Shown: in pieces, positions 27,083 to 36,473 of the stretch
Layout of the letters: each line of letters begins with the position of its first letter
Numbering within the stretch: the first letter of the stretch is position 1
The notes under the pieces: model-generated
The model's input: only the letters and a program-made list of their open reading frames with translations
What the model was told of the DNA's origin: nothing
Database searches by the model: none
From: Pseudomonadota bacterium
GTDB taxonomy: Bacteria; Pseudomonadota; Alphaproteobacteria; Caulobacterales; Hyphomonadaceae
Direction of reading: 5' to 3'
NCBI GenBank assembly: GCA_039818185.1
Contig: JBCBUI010000016.1
Location: 2,158-66,157 of the forward strand
DNA: 64,000 nt
Made by a program: the position numbers and the translations under genes

Positions 27083-28194
27083 TCTGCAGCTTCCTTTGCA
27101 GCTTGAGTTTCCGCCCATTCCTCACGCTGCTGACGCACGAATTGGAGGCTGGCTTGGAAGTCGACATAGTGCGGGAGTTTCAAGTGCTGGACGAAGCCTG
27201 ACGCTTCGACATTATCGCAATGATAGAGCACAAACTCTTCATCATGCGCGGCGAATTCCGGCTTCTCGCCTTCGGCGGGTCGGTTCTTCAACGCCCGATC
27301 CACGATCGCCATCGACATGGTTTTGCGTTCATTGTGTCCAAAGGTCAGGCCGTACCCGCGCGCATAACGCGGCGGTTCCTCGCCCTTGGCTTGAGCATTG
27401 GAAATCATCTGACATTCGGTGGCCATGATTTGGCCAATCGTGATTGGGAAGCCGAGCTCTTCCGGAATGAATTCAACATCTACTTCGCCCACGCGGATCT
27501 CGCCGCAGAGCGGGTGCGTTCCCCCCCAACCACGTTGCGTGGAGTAAGCCAGCGATAGTAAAAAGCCCTCGTCCCCACGCGCGAGCGATTGCAGACGCTG
27601 ATCGCGGTCTGCGGGGAAACTCATTGGCTCGCGCGTGAGATCAAATGGATCTGTTTCATTTTCATTGGCCGCGGCGGTTTCATGTTCGAGCAAGTCTTCA
27701 TGCTGAAACACGTCCTCAATGTTTGGCAGCATCTCGGGCAGCAGATCGGCCTCTTGTTCCGTGCGCTCTAGAGGTGTTTCGCCATTCGCCATCAATTGGA
27801 AATCAAGCAAGCGGTGGGTGTAGTCGAATGTCGGTCCGAGCACCTGACCCCCTGGAATATCCTTGAACGCCGCAGAAACCCGACGCTCTACCCGCATCTC
27901 GCGCGTATTAATCGCTTCACTCACGCCAAAGCGTGGGAGGGTGGTTCGGTAAGCGCGCAACAAGAAGATCGCTTCGCCAATGTCTCCGCGCGATTGTTTG
28001 ACGGCGAGCGCCGCCAAGTCGCGATCATAGCAAGAGCCCTCCGCCATCACGCGATCCACGGCGAGTGACAGCTGTTCTCGAATTTGTTCGGAATCGATTT
28101 CCGGAATGGAACGATCACCGCGGCGATCTTCAGCAAGCAGGTTGTGCGCATTTGTGATGGCGCGCTCGCCACCCTTAACTGCAACGTAAGCCAT
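27079..28194 (-). CDS. phnI: C-P lyase core component PhnI
   Basis: 371 aa starting MAYVAVKGGERAI, the typical PhnI N-terminus. Operon position between phnH and phnJ. Confidence 0.92.
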   Translation of the reverse strand: MAYVAVKGGERAITNAHNLLAEDRRGDRSIPEIDSEQIREQLSLAVDRVMAEGSCYDRDLAALAVKQSRGDIGEAIFLLRAYRTTLPRFGVSEAINTREMRVERRVSAAFKDIPGGQVLGPTFDYTHRLLDFQLMANGETPLERTEQEADLLPEMLPNIEDVFQHEDLLEHETAAANENETDPFDLTREPMSFPADRDQRLQSLARGDEGFLLSLAYSTQRGWGGTHPLCGEIRVGEVDVEFIPEELGFPITIGQIMATECQMISNAQAKGEEPPRYARGYGLTFGHNERKTMSMAIVDRALKNRPAEGEKPEFAAHDEEFVLYHCDNVEASGFVQHLKLPHYVDFQASLQFVRQQREEWAETQAAKEAAE

Positions 28195-28204
28195 ATGTTG
28201 CCCC

Positions 28205-28810
28205 CTAGGCGTGTGTGGTTCGTGTCGTGCGCGGAAGGCCGATGACCTGGCTCCCCGCAGTGAGATAGCAATCTACGCCGAGCTGAAAGTCGGCGACATT
28301 ATCAGCGCGCTCAGCCCAAAAATTGGCAGGTAGGCCTGCTGGTTGAATCTGTTCGGATGTTTCGATGCCTGGGCCTTCCAGAGTTACGCTCGGTCCCGCA
28401 TCCAGAGATGCAAGTTGGAGAATCAAGCTTGTCGACCGATCCGGATATTTCGCATCGCCCGGATGGAATTCATCGAGTGTTGGCCAAGCATCGCCCTGCT
28501 GCAGGATTGCGAAGCTTGCTTCACGCGGCACCGTTGTGATCGGCGCGCTGCAATGAAAGCGCAACCACGACGTGACCGCTTTGGTATGTACAGAATCGCT
28601 CAGAAAAATCGGTGTATCAAAGTCCATCAGTGTCAGGGCCAGGCCTGCTGATGCTAAATTGAGCGGTTCTGGAGCAGACGGCACATCCAGCGTCTGAAGC
28701 AGTCCAGGACGCGAAATGGCATCCAATACTTTCCGAAAGCAGGCCTGTGCGTCCAGAACCGGATCGGCGAACCCTGGTTGGACTTCTGAAAGGTCAAGCA
28801 ATTGGCTCAT
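28205..28810 (-). CDS. phnH: C-P lyase core component PhnH
   Basis: 201 aa with the GFADPVLDAQACFRKVLDAISRPG N-terminal block typical of PhnH. Operon position. Confidence 0.88.
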   Translation of the reverse strand: MSQLLDLSEVQPGFADPVLDAQACFRKVLDAISRPGLLQTLDVPSAPEPLNLASAGLALTLMDFDTPIFLSDSVHTKAVTSWLRFHCSAPITTVPREASFAILQQGDAWPTLDEFHPGDAKYPDRSTSLILQLASLDAGPSVTLEGPGIETSEQIQPAGLPANFWAERADNVADFQLGVDCYLTAGSQVIGLPRTTRTTHA

Positions 28811-29304
28811 TTCTTATCTTCCCGTGTGCGGACCATTGTGAAGAAATTGACGCGTGTTGCGGCCACTTTTGCGGCACGTTCTGACTCGTTCGCCTCGTTA
28901 TCGCGTTTGAGAGGGGCGATCAGCGAATCATAGGCTGCCGCGTGGTGCGTGTCTGATTGCAATAGCGCGTCGGCTTTGGCCGCGATGAGCGCATGTTCAA
29001 GGTTGCGGCCAGAGATGTAAGAGACACCGGTCTGACCTTCCGCAAGTCGCACAGCGCATCGCGTTATCGTCATTTCACCAAGATTAAATTGTCCACCCGC
29101 GCTGCCGGCCCGTCCGCGAACCATAACCAGCCCTCGTTCTGGCTTGCGTATGATTTCACAAGGAATTTCGTTCAGTGCAGTGGCGTTGCCCCATACAGTT
29201 TCAACCTGTTGGGATGTGCTTGTCGCCAGGATTTTCATCCAGGCTTGCCGCGCCGCATGGGCGTCCTGCGGAAGTGTGTCAGTTTCAACAAATTTTTGAT
29301 TCAT
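28807..29304 (-). CDS. phnG: C-P lyase core component PhnG
   Basis: 165 aa with the VRGRAGSAGGQFNLGEMTITRCAVRL block typical of PhnG. First gene of the minus-strand operon. Confidence 0.88.
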   Translation of the reverse strand: MNQKFVETDTLPQDAHAARQAWMKILATSTSQQVETVWGNATALNEIPCEIIRKPERGLVMVRGRAGSAGGQFNLGEMTITRCAVRLAEGQTGVSYISGRNLEHALIAAKADALLQSDTHHAAAYDSLIAPLKRDNEANESERAAKVAATRVNFFTMVRTREDKK

Positions 29305-29389
29305 GGGGATTTGCGAGTTGCGGCTTTCGATGAAAAGTTATAGTTAGCGAGTAGTAAAAATATTCAAATATCGGGCGAAAAGCAATAAC

Positions 29390-29407
29390 AAATTCTGTGA
29401 CGAATTT
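29390..29407. promoter_or_regulatory. Inverted repeat AAATTC-N6-GAATTT in the phnG/phnF divergent promoter region
   Basis: Perfect 6-bp arms around TGTGAC, inside a strikingly AT-rich 170-bp intergenic region. Confidence 0.25.
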
Positions 29408-29423
29408 ATAAACAAGCAAAAAT

Positions 29424-29447
29424 TTGTCTAAAGAAAAGAATAGACAA
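29424..29447. promoter_or_regulatory. Inverted repeat TTGTCTA-N10-TAGACAA, candidate GntR/HutC (PhnF) operator
   Basis: Perfect 7-bp arms containing the GT..TA / TA..AC core typical of GntR-family operators. Lies ~30 nt upstream of the phnF start. Confidence 0.35.
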
Positions 29448-29475
29448 AACAAATATGCTTTTTCTGGGGATTTTT

Positions 29476-30204
29476 ATGCCAAATAAGATTTGGGAGCGGG
29501 TTTCGCATCAAATAGAGGAAAGTATTCGTAAGTATGAGTACGCCCCGGGAGACAAACTTCCGACGGAGGCCGAATTCTCCCGAAAGTTCATGGTCAACCG
29601 ACATACCCTAAGGCGTGCGCTATCGCATTTGCAGGAAATCGGATTGGTCGAAAGCACACAGGGGCGCGGGAGTTATGTCAGGCGTCCAGCTATTCGATAT
29701 ACAATTGGAAAGAGAACACGCTTTTCGGACCAGATCAAAAACCAGTCGATCGAAGCGACGACGAAAACCCGGCAAGTCGCTGTCAAACCAGCGAACAGAG
29801 ATATTGCACGAGCACTGGAGATTCCCGTCAGCAGTAAGGTGATTGCGGTTAGCCGGATTGGGTATGCCGGCGATGTCGCCATCTCGATGGCGACGCACCA
29901 CTTCGACTTGCGGCGTTTTCCAACGTTTCAAAGAGTCTATCCTGAGCACCGTAGCATTACCAAAACGCTGGTACATTGCGGTGTGCTCGATTTTACGCGC
30001 AAGTGGACGGTGGTGCGCTCGCGCCTGCCAGGTCCCGAAGAGTGCGAGCATTTGAATATCCCCAAACATGTGCCGCTTATTCTGACCAAGTCTCTCAACG
30101 TCGATCCCCTTGGGAAGCCACTTGAATATGGCGAGGCGGTGTTTGCCTCGGACCGTATGGAGCTCGACATCGCTTCGACTGAAGAGCCGCCAAAAGACTT
30201 TTAA
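29476..30204 (+). CDS. phnF: GntR/HutC-family phosphonate utilisation regulator
   Basis: The ORF opens at 29455; Met8 (29476) is likelier. N-terminal GntR winged HTH (GDKLPTEAEFSRKFMVNRHTLRRALSHLQEIGLVESTQGRGSYV) plus a UTRA-like C-terminal domain. Divergent from phnG. Confidence 0.85.
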   Translation: MPNKIWERVSHQIEESIRKYEYAPGDKLPTEAEFSRKFMVNRHTLRRALSHLQEIGLVESTQGRGSYVRRPAIRYTIGKRTRFSDQIKNQSIEATTKTRQVAVKPANRDIARALEIPVSSKVIAVSRIGYAGDVAISMATHHFDLRRFPTFQRVYPEHRSITKTLVHCGVLDFTRKWTVVRSRLPGPEECEHLNIPKHVPLILTKSLNVDPLGKPLEYGEAVFASDRMELDIASTEEPPKDF

Positions 30205-30231
30205 ACCCAATTCTTAAGAACAGGAATTCAG

Positions 30232-31362
30232 ATGGAAACGCGTATTTCCAATGCCAGAATTGTCACCCCTAATCAGGTGATCGAAAGCTCGATCACCGTT
30301 TCCGATGGCGTGTTTCAAGCGTTTGAGCCAAATGGCTCAGGGGTTGATTTTGACGGCGATTATCTCATTCCAGGCTTGATCGATATTCACACCGACAATC
30401 TGGAGAAACACTTCTACCCACGTCCTGGTGTTGACTGGGATGCCCAGTCTGCTGCGATAATCCATGACGGCCAGTGCGTTTCTGTTGGCATTACGACGGT
30501 GTTTGACAGCCTCTCGATAGGCTCTTGGTCTGATAATGAAGCGCGCCATTTGGAGAACATGCTGAAACTGGTCGCGGGTTTGGAAACGGCTGAACAAGAA
30601 AAGCAGCTGCGCGGCAATCACCTTCTGCATTGGCGATGCGAAACGTCTAGCCCGGTGTTGGAAGACTTGATGGGCAAGCTCGTGCCACATCGGCTAACGC
30701 ACTTGCTGTCGGTTATGGATCACACGCCGGGGCAGCGGCAGTACCCTGACATCGAGAAACACAAAGCGCGGTGGAAAGAACATCTTGGTTTGACCGATGA
30801 AGAGGTCGATGCCCGAGTCGCCAATGCTCAGGAAAAGCAAGCAAAGTATACGCCGATGAATCGGTCGGTCGTCGATAAAGTCGCGAAGGAACGCAACTTG
30901 GCTCTCGCCAGTCATGATGATCAATTGCCAGAACACATTCAGGATGCTCTCGCGATCGATGCGACCATCGCCGAATTCCCGACCACGATCGAGGCGGCGC
31001 GCCTCGCCAAAGCGAATAAGATGACCGTCGTCATGGGCGCCCCGAACCTCATGCGAGGCGGATCCTATTCTGGAAACGCCTCCGCGGCTGAAGTCGCGCA
31101 GGAGGGCCTCTTGGATGCCTTCGCGTCTGATTATGTGCCGCGCTCAATGATCGAAGCGGCATTCAAACTGACGCAAGCGCCGTTCAATTGGTCTTTGCCA
31201 AAAGCTGTCGCGACCGTGACCGCCAATCCTGCGGACAGTGTTGGTCTGTCTGATCGCGGCCGGGTCGAACATGGCAAGCGCGCAGATTTTGTACGGGTGA
31301 AAGTGAAAGACGGACGCCCTTTGGTTCGAGGAGTATGGGTAGCAGGGGAGCGTGTGGGCTAA
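30232..31362 (+). CDS. Second PhnM-like amidohydrolase
   Basis: 376 aa, collinear paralog of 23445-24587. Shared motifs include ISNARIVTP/IENARIVTP, PGLIDIHTDNLEKH, LSVMDHTPG, ASHDD, MGAPNLMRGGS/MGGPNFVRGRS and GKRADFVRV. Confidence 0.85.
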   Translation: METRISNARIVTPNQVIESSITVSDGVFQAFEPNGSGVDFDGDYLIPGLIDIHTDNLEKHFYPRPGVDWDAQSAAIIHDGQCVSVGITTVFDSLSIGSWSDNEARHLENMLKLVAGLETAEQEKQLRGNHLLHWRCETSSPVLEDLMGKLVPHRLTHLLSVMDHTPGQRQYPDIEKHKARWKEHLGLTDEEVDARVANAQEKQAKYTPMNRSVVDKVAKERNLALASHDDQLPEHIQDALAIDATIAEFPTTIEAARLAKANKMTVVMGAPNLMRGGSYSGNASAAEVAQEGLLDAFASDYVPRSMIEAAFKLTQAPFNWSLPKAVATVTANPADSVGLSDRGRVEHGKRADFVRVKVKDGRPLVRGVWVAGERVG

Positions 31363-31379
31363 ATCTCATATGGAGCGAG

Positions 31380-32186
31380 ATGGCGCAGACATGGCGCATC
31401 GTGACCTACAACACTTGGAAGTGTGGTGGTCTGTATCGTGATCGATTGAATTGGATGGGGCACGGCTTGCGGGCACTTGCCCCTGATATTCTGTGCCTGC
31501 AAGAAGCTTTTGATTGCCCAGAACGCGATGCGGATACCGCGCGATACCTCGCCACAATCCTCGGTATGGAGGTTGAGGTTCTACAGGCGCGACAAAAGCC
31601 TAGGGAGTTCGAACTAGACCGACGTATGTCGCGTTCAAACCTCGCAATACTTTCCAAACGTCCTATGCAACGCGGTGAGGACGTCAGGCTTCCAGAGCAT
31701 GTCGAAGACTCTGATAGATGGGCGATGCAGGCCACCGTCTCTGCAGGGTCTGGAAGGCGATTGCGGATTATAAACACGCATCTCACTCATTTGCATAGCG
31801 AAACCGGATCTTTGCTGCGTAAGTCTCAAGCGGAGATCATCGCGCGCTTATGTGAGTCCGAAGAGACCCAAACCGTTATACTATGTGGTGACTTTAATGA
31901 TGCGTGGGACAGCGCCTCACTCTCACCTCTGCGAGCATTCAATTGGCTTGACGCGGAAGATGAAACGCCGGGTGAAACCTATATTGGGGCGTACGCAATT
32001 GCTCGGCCGCAAGCCCGCCGAATCGATCATATTCAAATCAATGCTTTTGCTTCGACGGAAGTGAAACTCGAGCGACGCTTTCCGACACTCAATCAACCCA
32101 TCGGTCCAGACCGCGCCTATCCCAGCGATCATGCTGCTTTGGTGGTTGACCTCAAATTCGACGCGACACGAAGCGAGAGGGTGTGA
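31380..32186 (+). CDS. Endonuclease/exonuclease/phosphatase (EEP) family protein
   Basis: The ORF opens at 31335; ATG 31380 gives MAQTWRIVTYNTWK, the typical EEP start. Further EEP motifs: ILCLQEA, INTHLTH, ILCGDFND, and IDHI / SDHAALVVDL near the C-terminus. Confidence 0.75.
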   Translation: MAQTWRIVTYNTWKCGGLYRDRLNWMGHGLRALAPDILCLQEAFDCPERDADTARYLATILGMEVEVLQARQKPREFELDRRMSRSNLAILSKRPMQRGEDVRLPEHVEDSDRWAMQATVSAGSGRRLRIINTHLTHLHSETGSLLRKSQAEIIARLCESEETQTVILCGDFNDAWDSASLSPLRAFNWLDAEDETPGETYIGAYAIARPQARRIDHIQINAFASTEVKLERRFPTLNQPIGPDRAYPSDHAALVVDLKFDATRSERV

Positions 32187-34006
32187 TGGCCGACGGGACC
32201 ACGATCTCCTCAAACCAAAGTGCGCGTCGTGAAAAGTCTGTTAGCTGGCGTGATGTGCTTGGGTTATGCGGGCATTATTGGCGGCAGCAAAGACGTCTGC
32301 TTGGCGTTATTTTGATCGTCATCTTGGTGCAAATCCTTATTGATCTGACAATCCCGATTTCATCAGGTCTATTGGTCGACCGGGTGATCGCGGCGATGAA
32401 TGACGAAATCGGGTTTGCCCCCGCATATCAGGCGCTCATTCTGCTTTCCGGAGCGACCGTCGGATTTCATTTCTTTCGTTGGATCCGTTTCCACTTGCTG
32501 CATCACTTTCTGACCAAGGCGATGGATCGCATGCTTCGCGATGGCTTTGGCAAAGTGCAGCGCTTTTCAGCCGATTGGCATGCCACCACGTTTGCAGGCG
32601 CGACGGTTCGTAAACTCACGCGCGGTAAGTGGGCGTTCGACTCGATGACGTCCATCTTGTGGAACAATTTCTTTCCGATCTTCCTGAGCATTTGCGGCCT
32701 GACGGCTTTGATCGCATATCGTTTTCCACTTATCGGTTTAATGTTTGCTGGTGTCGTGATCGTCTACACGGTCACGGCGGGTCTCATAGCGACTTATTAT
32801 GTGCGTCCGATGAACATCAAAGCCGCGACCTCCGACAGCGCCATTGGCGCATCCATGGCCGATACGATTATGAATAATCCTGCCGTCAGCGCGTTCGGCG
32901 CGGCGGCGCGCGAAGACGATCGATTTCATGGGCTAACGGATCGATGGCGGAACTTCTGTCGCCGGGCCTGGGATCGCGGCTCGGATATGTTTTTCATCCA
33001 AAAACTCATTTGGGCGGTCCTGCAATTCAGTCTGGTATTTGCTTTCATTCAAATGGTGCGGGCGGGCCGGGCGACGCCGGGTGATGTGACCTTCATCCTG
33101 ACGGCGAACATGTTGGTCGGGTCCTATCTCCGGGCGATTGGCGATCATATTCGCATGCTGCAGCAGAGCTTCAGCGAAATTGCCGACATGGTCCAAATCA
33201 TACGGAGCCCCGTTCAAATTGCCGACATTGAGGGCGCCGCACAGATCGCGCCGAAAGCGGGCCGCATCGAGTTTGATCATGTCACCTTTGGTTACGAAGA
33301 TGGCGCCTCGGTTTTGTATAAAGACTTCAGCCTCTCGATTGAGGCAGGTCAAATTGTTGGACTAGTCGGTCCGTCTGGCTCCGGAAAATCGACCTTCGTA
33401 AAGCTGATCCAGCGGCTTTATGATGTCTCAGACGGCTGCATCAGAATTGACGGGGAAGACATTTCCAAAGTCGATCAGGCATCGCTCAGACGCTCCATTG
33501 CGTTGGTGCCGCAAGATCCACATCTGTTTCATCGATCCTTGGCTGAGAATATCGCTTATGGCCGCCCCGATGCCAGCTTAGACGATATCAACGCCGCCGC
33601 GCGCAAAGCCCACGCGGCTGAGTTTATCGAAGCATTACCGCTTGGATATGACACGCTGGTTGGCGAGCGGGGGGTGAAACTCTCCGGCGGTGAACGCCAA
33701 CGTGTCGCCATCGCGCGAGCCTTTCTCGTCGATGCGCCAATCGTGATTTTTGATGAGGCCACATCCAGCCTCGATACAATCACAGAGAAACATATCCAAG
33801 ACGCCATGGCTGAGCTGATGAAAGGGCGGACAACGATCATGATCGCGCACCGTTTGTCGACCGTCCGAGACGTCGAGCGCATTCTTGTTTTCGACAAAGG
33901 CCGATTGGTGGAAGAGGGCGATCATCAGTCTCTGATGCAGCTGCCATCGGGCCGATACCGCGCGCTGCAAGATCTTCAACTGAAGGCGCAAGAGGTGGTG
34001 CTATGA
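32183..34006 (+). CDS. ABC exporter, fused TMD-NBD half-transporter (subunit 1)
   Basis: 607 aa with six N-terminal TM segments. Walker A GPSGSGKST, signature LSGGERQRVAIARA, Walker B IVIFDEATSSLD, H-loop IAHRLS. Confidence 0.85.
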   Translation: MMADGTTISSNQSARREKSVSWRDVLGLCGHYWRQQRRLLGVILIVILVQILIDLTIPISSGLLVDRVIAAMNDEIGFAPAYQALILLSGATVGFHFFRWIRFHLLHHFLTKAMDRMLRDGFGKVQRFSADWHATTFAGATVRKLTRGKWAFDSMTSILWNNFFPIFLSICGLTALIAYRFPLIGLMFAGVVIVYTVTAGLIATYYVRPMNIKAATSDSAIGASMADTIMNNPAVSAFGAAAREDDRFHGLTDRWRNFCRRAWDRGSDMFFIQKLIWAVLQFSLVFAFIQMVRAGRATPGDVTFILTANMLVGSYLRAIGDHIRMLQQSFSEIADMVQIIRSPVQIADIEGAAQIAPKAGRIEFDHVTFGYEDGASVLYKDFSLSIEAGQIVGLVGPSGSGKSTFVKLIQRLYDVSDGCIRIDGEDISKVDQASLRRSIALVPQDPHLFHRSLAENIAYGRPDASLDDINAAARKAHAAEFIEALPLGYDTLVGERGVKLSGGERQRVAIARAFLVDAPIVIFDEATSSLDTITEKHIQDAMAELMKGRTTIMIAHRLSTVRDVERILVFDKGRLVEEGDHQSLMQLPSGRYRALQDLQLKAQEVVL

Positions 34007-35826
34007 ACGCAGATACAGCGACCGTATCGACATTGCATAAACCCCGCAGGCCGTATCCCCGATTGAAAACAACCGCATGGGATATGTTTGGGCTCTTGGG
34101 TCGCTACTGGCTACGTCGACCCGTCCGATTTACGCTCTCCTGCCTGATCGTCATCGGTATGGTTGCGGCCGACATCGCCATGCCAATGGCGGCTGGGACG
34201 ATGGTGGATCGAATTGTCGATGCGATTGCGGGCGAAGGCGATATGTCTGCGGCGCATGCGGCTCTGATGATCTTTGCCGGCGCGGGCGTCGTTGGCTTCA
34301 CTCTGAAATGGCTGCATTCGCGGGTTTGGAATTCCATGGCGTCGGCAAATATGCGCGAGCTGTTGGCGGAGACGTTTGAACGCGTTCAGCGGTTTTCGTC
34401 TGACTGGCATGCTAATACATTTGCCGGTGCAACCGTCCGGAAAGTCACCCGCGGCAAGTGGGCCTATGACGCAATGTCAGATATTTTCTGGATCCATTTC
34501 TTGCAGCTGGGGCTCGTGGTCGGCGGTATCACCCTGATCATGCTGATGCGGTTTCCGATTGTCGGGATCTTGTTCCTAGTCACAGTGATCATTTACATCG
34601 CCATCTCGACCTGGCTGGCGATCAAATATGTGAGGCCTGCTAATGTGAAATCAGCGGAAGCAGATAGCGCAATCGGGGCATCGATTGCGGACAGCATCAC
34701 CAATAATGCTGCAGTCAAAGCGTTTGGGGCGGAACACCGGGAAGATGATCTGTTCCGAGGTGTGGTCGGACGCTGGTCGGGTTTGGCCGAGATTTCCTGG
34801 AATCGCGGACAAGACCTGGCGGCGGTCCAGCAATTGCTCTGGATCGCGTTGCAATTATCCACCATCTACGTGCTAATCGAATTGGCGAGAGCAGGTCAGG
34901 CGACGCCTGGCGATGTCACCTTTGTTCTCACGGTCAATTTCATGCTGGGCGGCCGGTTGCGCCAGGTTGGCGATCACATTCGCCAATTGCAACGCACCAC
35001 AAGTGAATTTGCTGACGTGGTCGATTTTCATATGCGCCCCCCGCAAGTGCAGGATCAAGATGGCGCCGCAGAGATTGCATCTGCTGGCGGCCGGATTGAA
35101 TTTGACAGGGTTACGTTTGCTTATGGGCAGACTGCACAAACCATCTATCAAGACTTCTCGATCGACATCCAACCTGGCGAACGGATTGGACTGGTCGGCG
35201 CATCGGGTGCGGGCAAGTCGACTTTTGTGAAACTTATTCAACGCCTGTACGATATTGACGGCGGAGAGATTCGCATTGATGGACAGCGGATTGATCAAGT
35301 GACACAAGCGTCGCTTCGCCGCGCCGTGGCGCTTGTGCCGCAAGACCCCTTACTGTTTCATCGCTCGCTTGCTGACAATATCGCTTATGCCCGCCCTGGG
35401 GCCAGCCTCGAGGACATCACCGCCGCCGCCCGAAAAGCCCGCGCGGATCGATTCATCGATAATCTCGATTTTGGTCTGGATACATTGGTCGGCGAGCGCG
35501 GCATCAAGCTTTCAGGCGGCGAACGTCAACGCGTCGCCATCGCTCGTGCATTCCTCGCCGATGCACCGATCGTTATCTTTGATGAAGCCACATCCAGCCT
35601 CGATACGATCACCGAGAAGCACATCCAAGATGCGATGGCCGAGCTGATGGAAGGGCGCACGACGATCATCATTGCGCACCGCCTGTCGACGGTGAGAGAT
35701 GTTGATCGCATCCTCGTGTTCGAGAATGGTTCGATCGTGGAACAAGGCTCTCACCAAGAGCTCCTGCACAATGAGGATGGCATCTACCGCGCCCTCCACG
35801 ACATGCAGGCTGACGTATTGGTTTGA
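34003..35826 (+). CDS. ABC exporter, fused TMD-NBD half-transporter (subunit 2)
   Basis: 607 aa; ATGA overlap with the upstream gene. Full-length paralog of subunit 1 (e.g. FSSDWHANTFAGATVRKVTRGKWAYD versus FSADWHATTFAGATVRKLTRGKWAFD). Complete Walker A/B and signature motifs. Confidence 0.85.
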   Translation: MNADTATVSTLHKPRRPYPRLKTTAWDMFGLLGRYWLRRPVRFTLSCLIVIGMVAADIAMPMAAGTMVDRIVDAIAGEGDMSAAHAALMIFAGAGVVGFTLKWLHSRVWNSMASANMRELLAETFERVQRFSSDWHANTFAGATVRKVTRGKWAYDAMSDIFWIHFLQLGLVVGGITLIMLMRFPIVGILFLVTVIIYIAISTWLAIKYVRPANVKSAEADSAIGASIADSITNNAAVKAFGAEHREDDLFRGVVGRWSGLAEISWNRGQDLAAVQQLLWIALQLSTIYVLIELARAGQATPGDVTFVLTVNFMLGGRLRQVGDHIRQLQRTTSEFADVVDFHMRPPQVQDQDGAAEIASAGGRIEFDRVTFAYGQTAQTIYQDFSIDIQPGERIGLVGASGAGKSTFVKLIQRLYDIDGGEIRIDGQRIDQVTQASLRRAVALVPQDPLLFHRSLADNIAYARPGASLEDITAAARKARADRFIDNLDFGLDTLVGERGIKLSGGERQRVAIARAFLADAPIVIFDEATSSLDTITEKHIQDAMAELMEGRTTIIIAHRLSTVRDVDRILVFENGSIVEQGSHQELLHNEDGIYRALHDMQADVLV

Positions 35827-36473
35827 GGGAGGGGCAATTGAGCCAGCGCGTCATTGCTTGGGATTTTGATGGGGTTCTGAACCGGAATATCGTCGACGGC
35901 AGGCTGATTTGGAAAACTAATTTTTCGAATGATCTTGGCGTCAGCGAAGACGAGTTTTCGAACTATATGTTTCGGAGCGGACGCTTCGATGACGTCTTGA
36001 TCGGACGAAGAGATGTGCGTGATCTGGTCAGCGACTGGCTGAGCCAGTCGACGTGCCAGCACTCCGTAGACCAGATCTTGGACTATTGGTTTTCAAATGA
36101 TGCCCTGCCGGACGAGAGGACGCTGGAGATTTTAAACCACGCATCTGCAAACGGATTTCAGAATGTGTTGGCGACCAATAATGAAACTCGGCGCGTCGCC
36201 TATATCGAAAATGATATGGGTTTTGCGAACAAAGTCGATCACGTGTTCGCGGCTGGCCGAATGGGATGTAAGAAACCTGATCCGGCATTTTTCGAGAACA
36301 TTGAGCACACGCTTCAAGTCGCGGCTGAGGAGATTTTGCTCATCGATGACAAAGCCGCGAATGTCGAGGCGGCGAAGGCATTGGGGTGGTCAGCTTTTCA
36401 CTTCCGAGGGGGCGATTATGCGGGGCTGTCGCGGGCCATTTCCGAACATGGAGTGAGATCACCGAAATGCTGA
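35823..36473 (+). CDS. HAD-superfamily hydrolase
   Basis: 216 aa with HAD motif I (IAWDFDGVLN), a motif II-like LATNN, and a motif III/IV region (KKPDPAFF ... LLIDDKAANVEAAKALG). Start (TTG) overlaps the upstream stop. Confidence 0.75.
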   Translation: MREGQLSQRVIAWDFDGVLNRNIVDGRLIWKTNFSNDLGVSEDEFSNYMFRSGRFDDVLIGRRDVRDLVSDWLSQSTCQHSVDQILDYWFSNDALPDERTLEILNHASANGFQNVLATNNETRRVAYIENDMGFANKVDHVFAAGRMGCKKPDPAFFENIEHTLQVAAEEILLIDDKAANVEAAKALGWSAFHFRGGDYAGLSRAISEHGVRSPKC

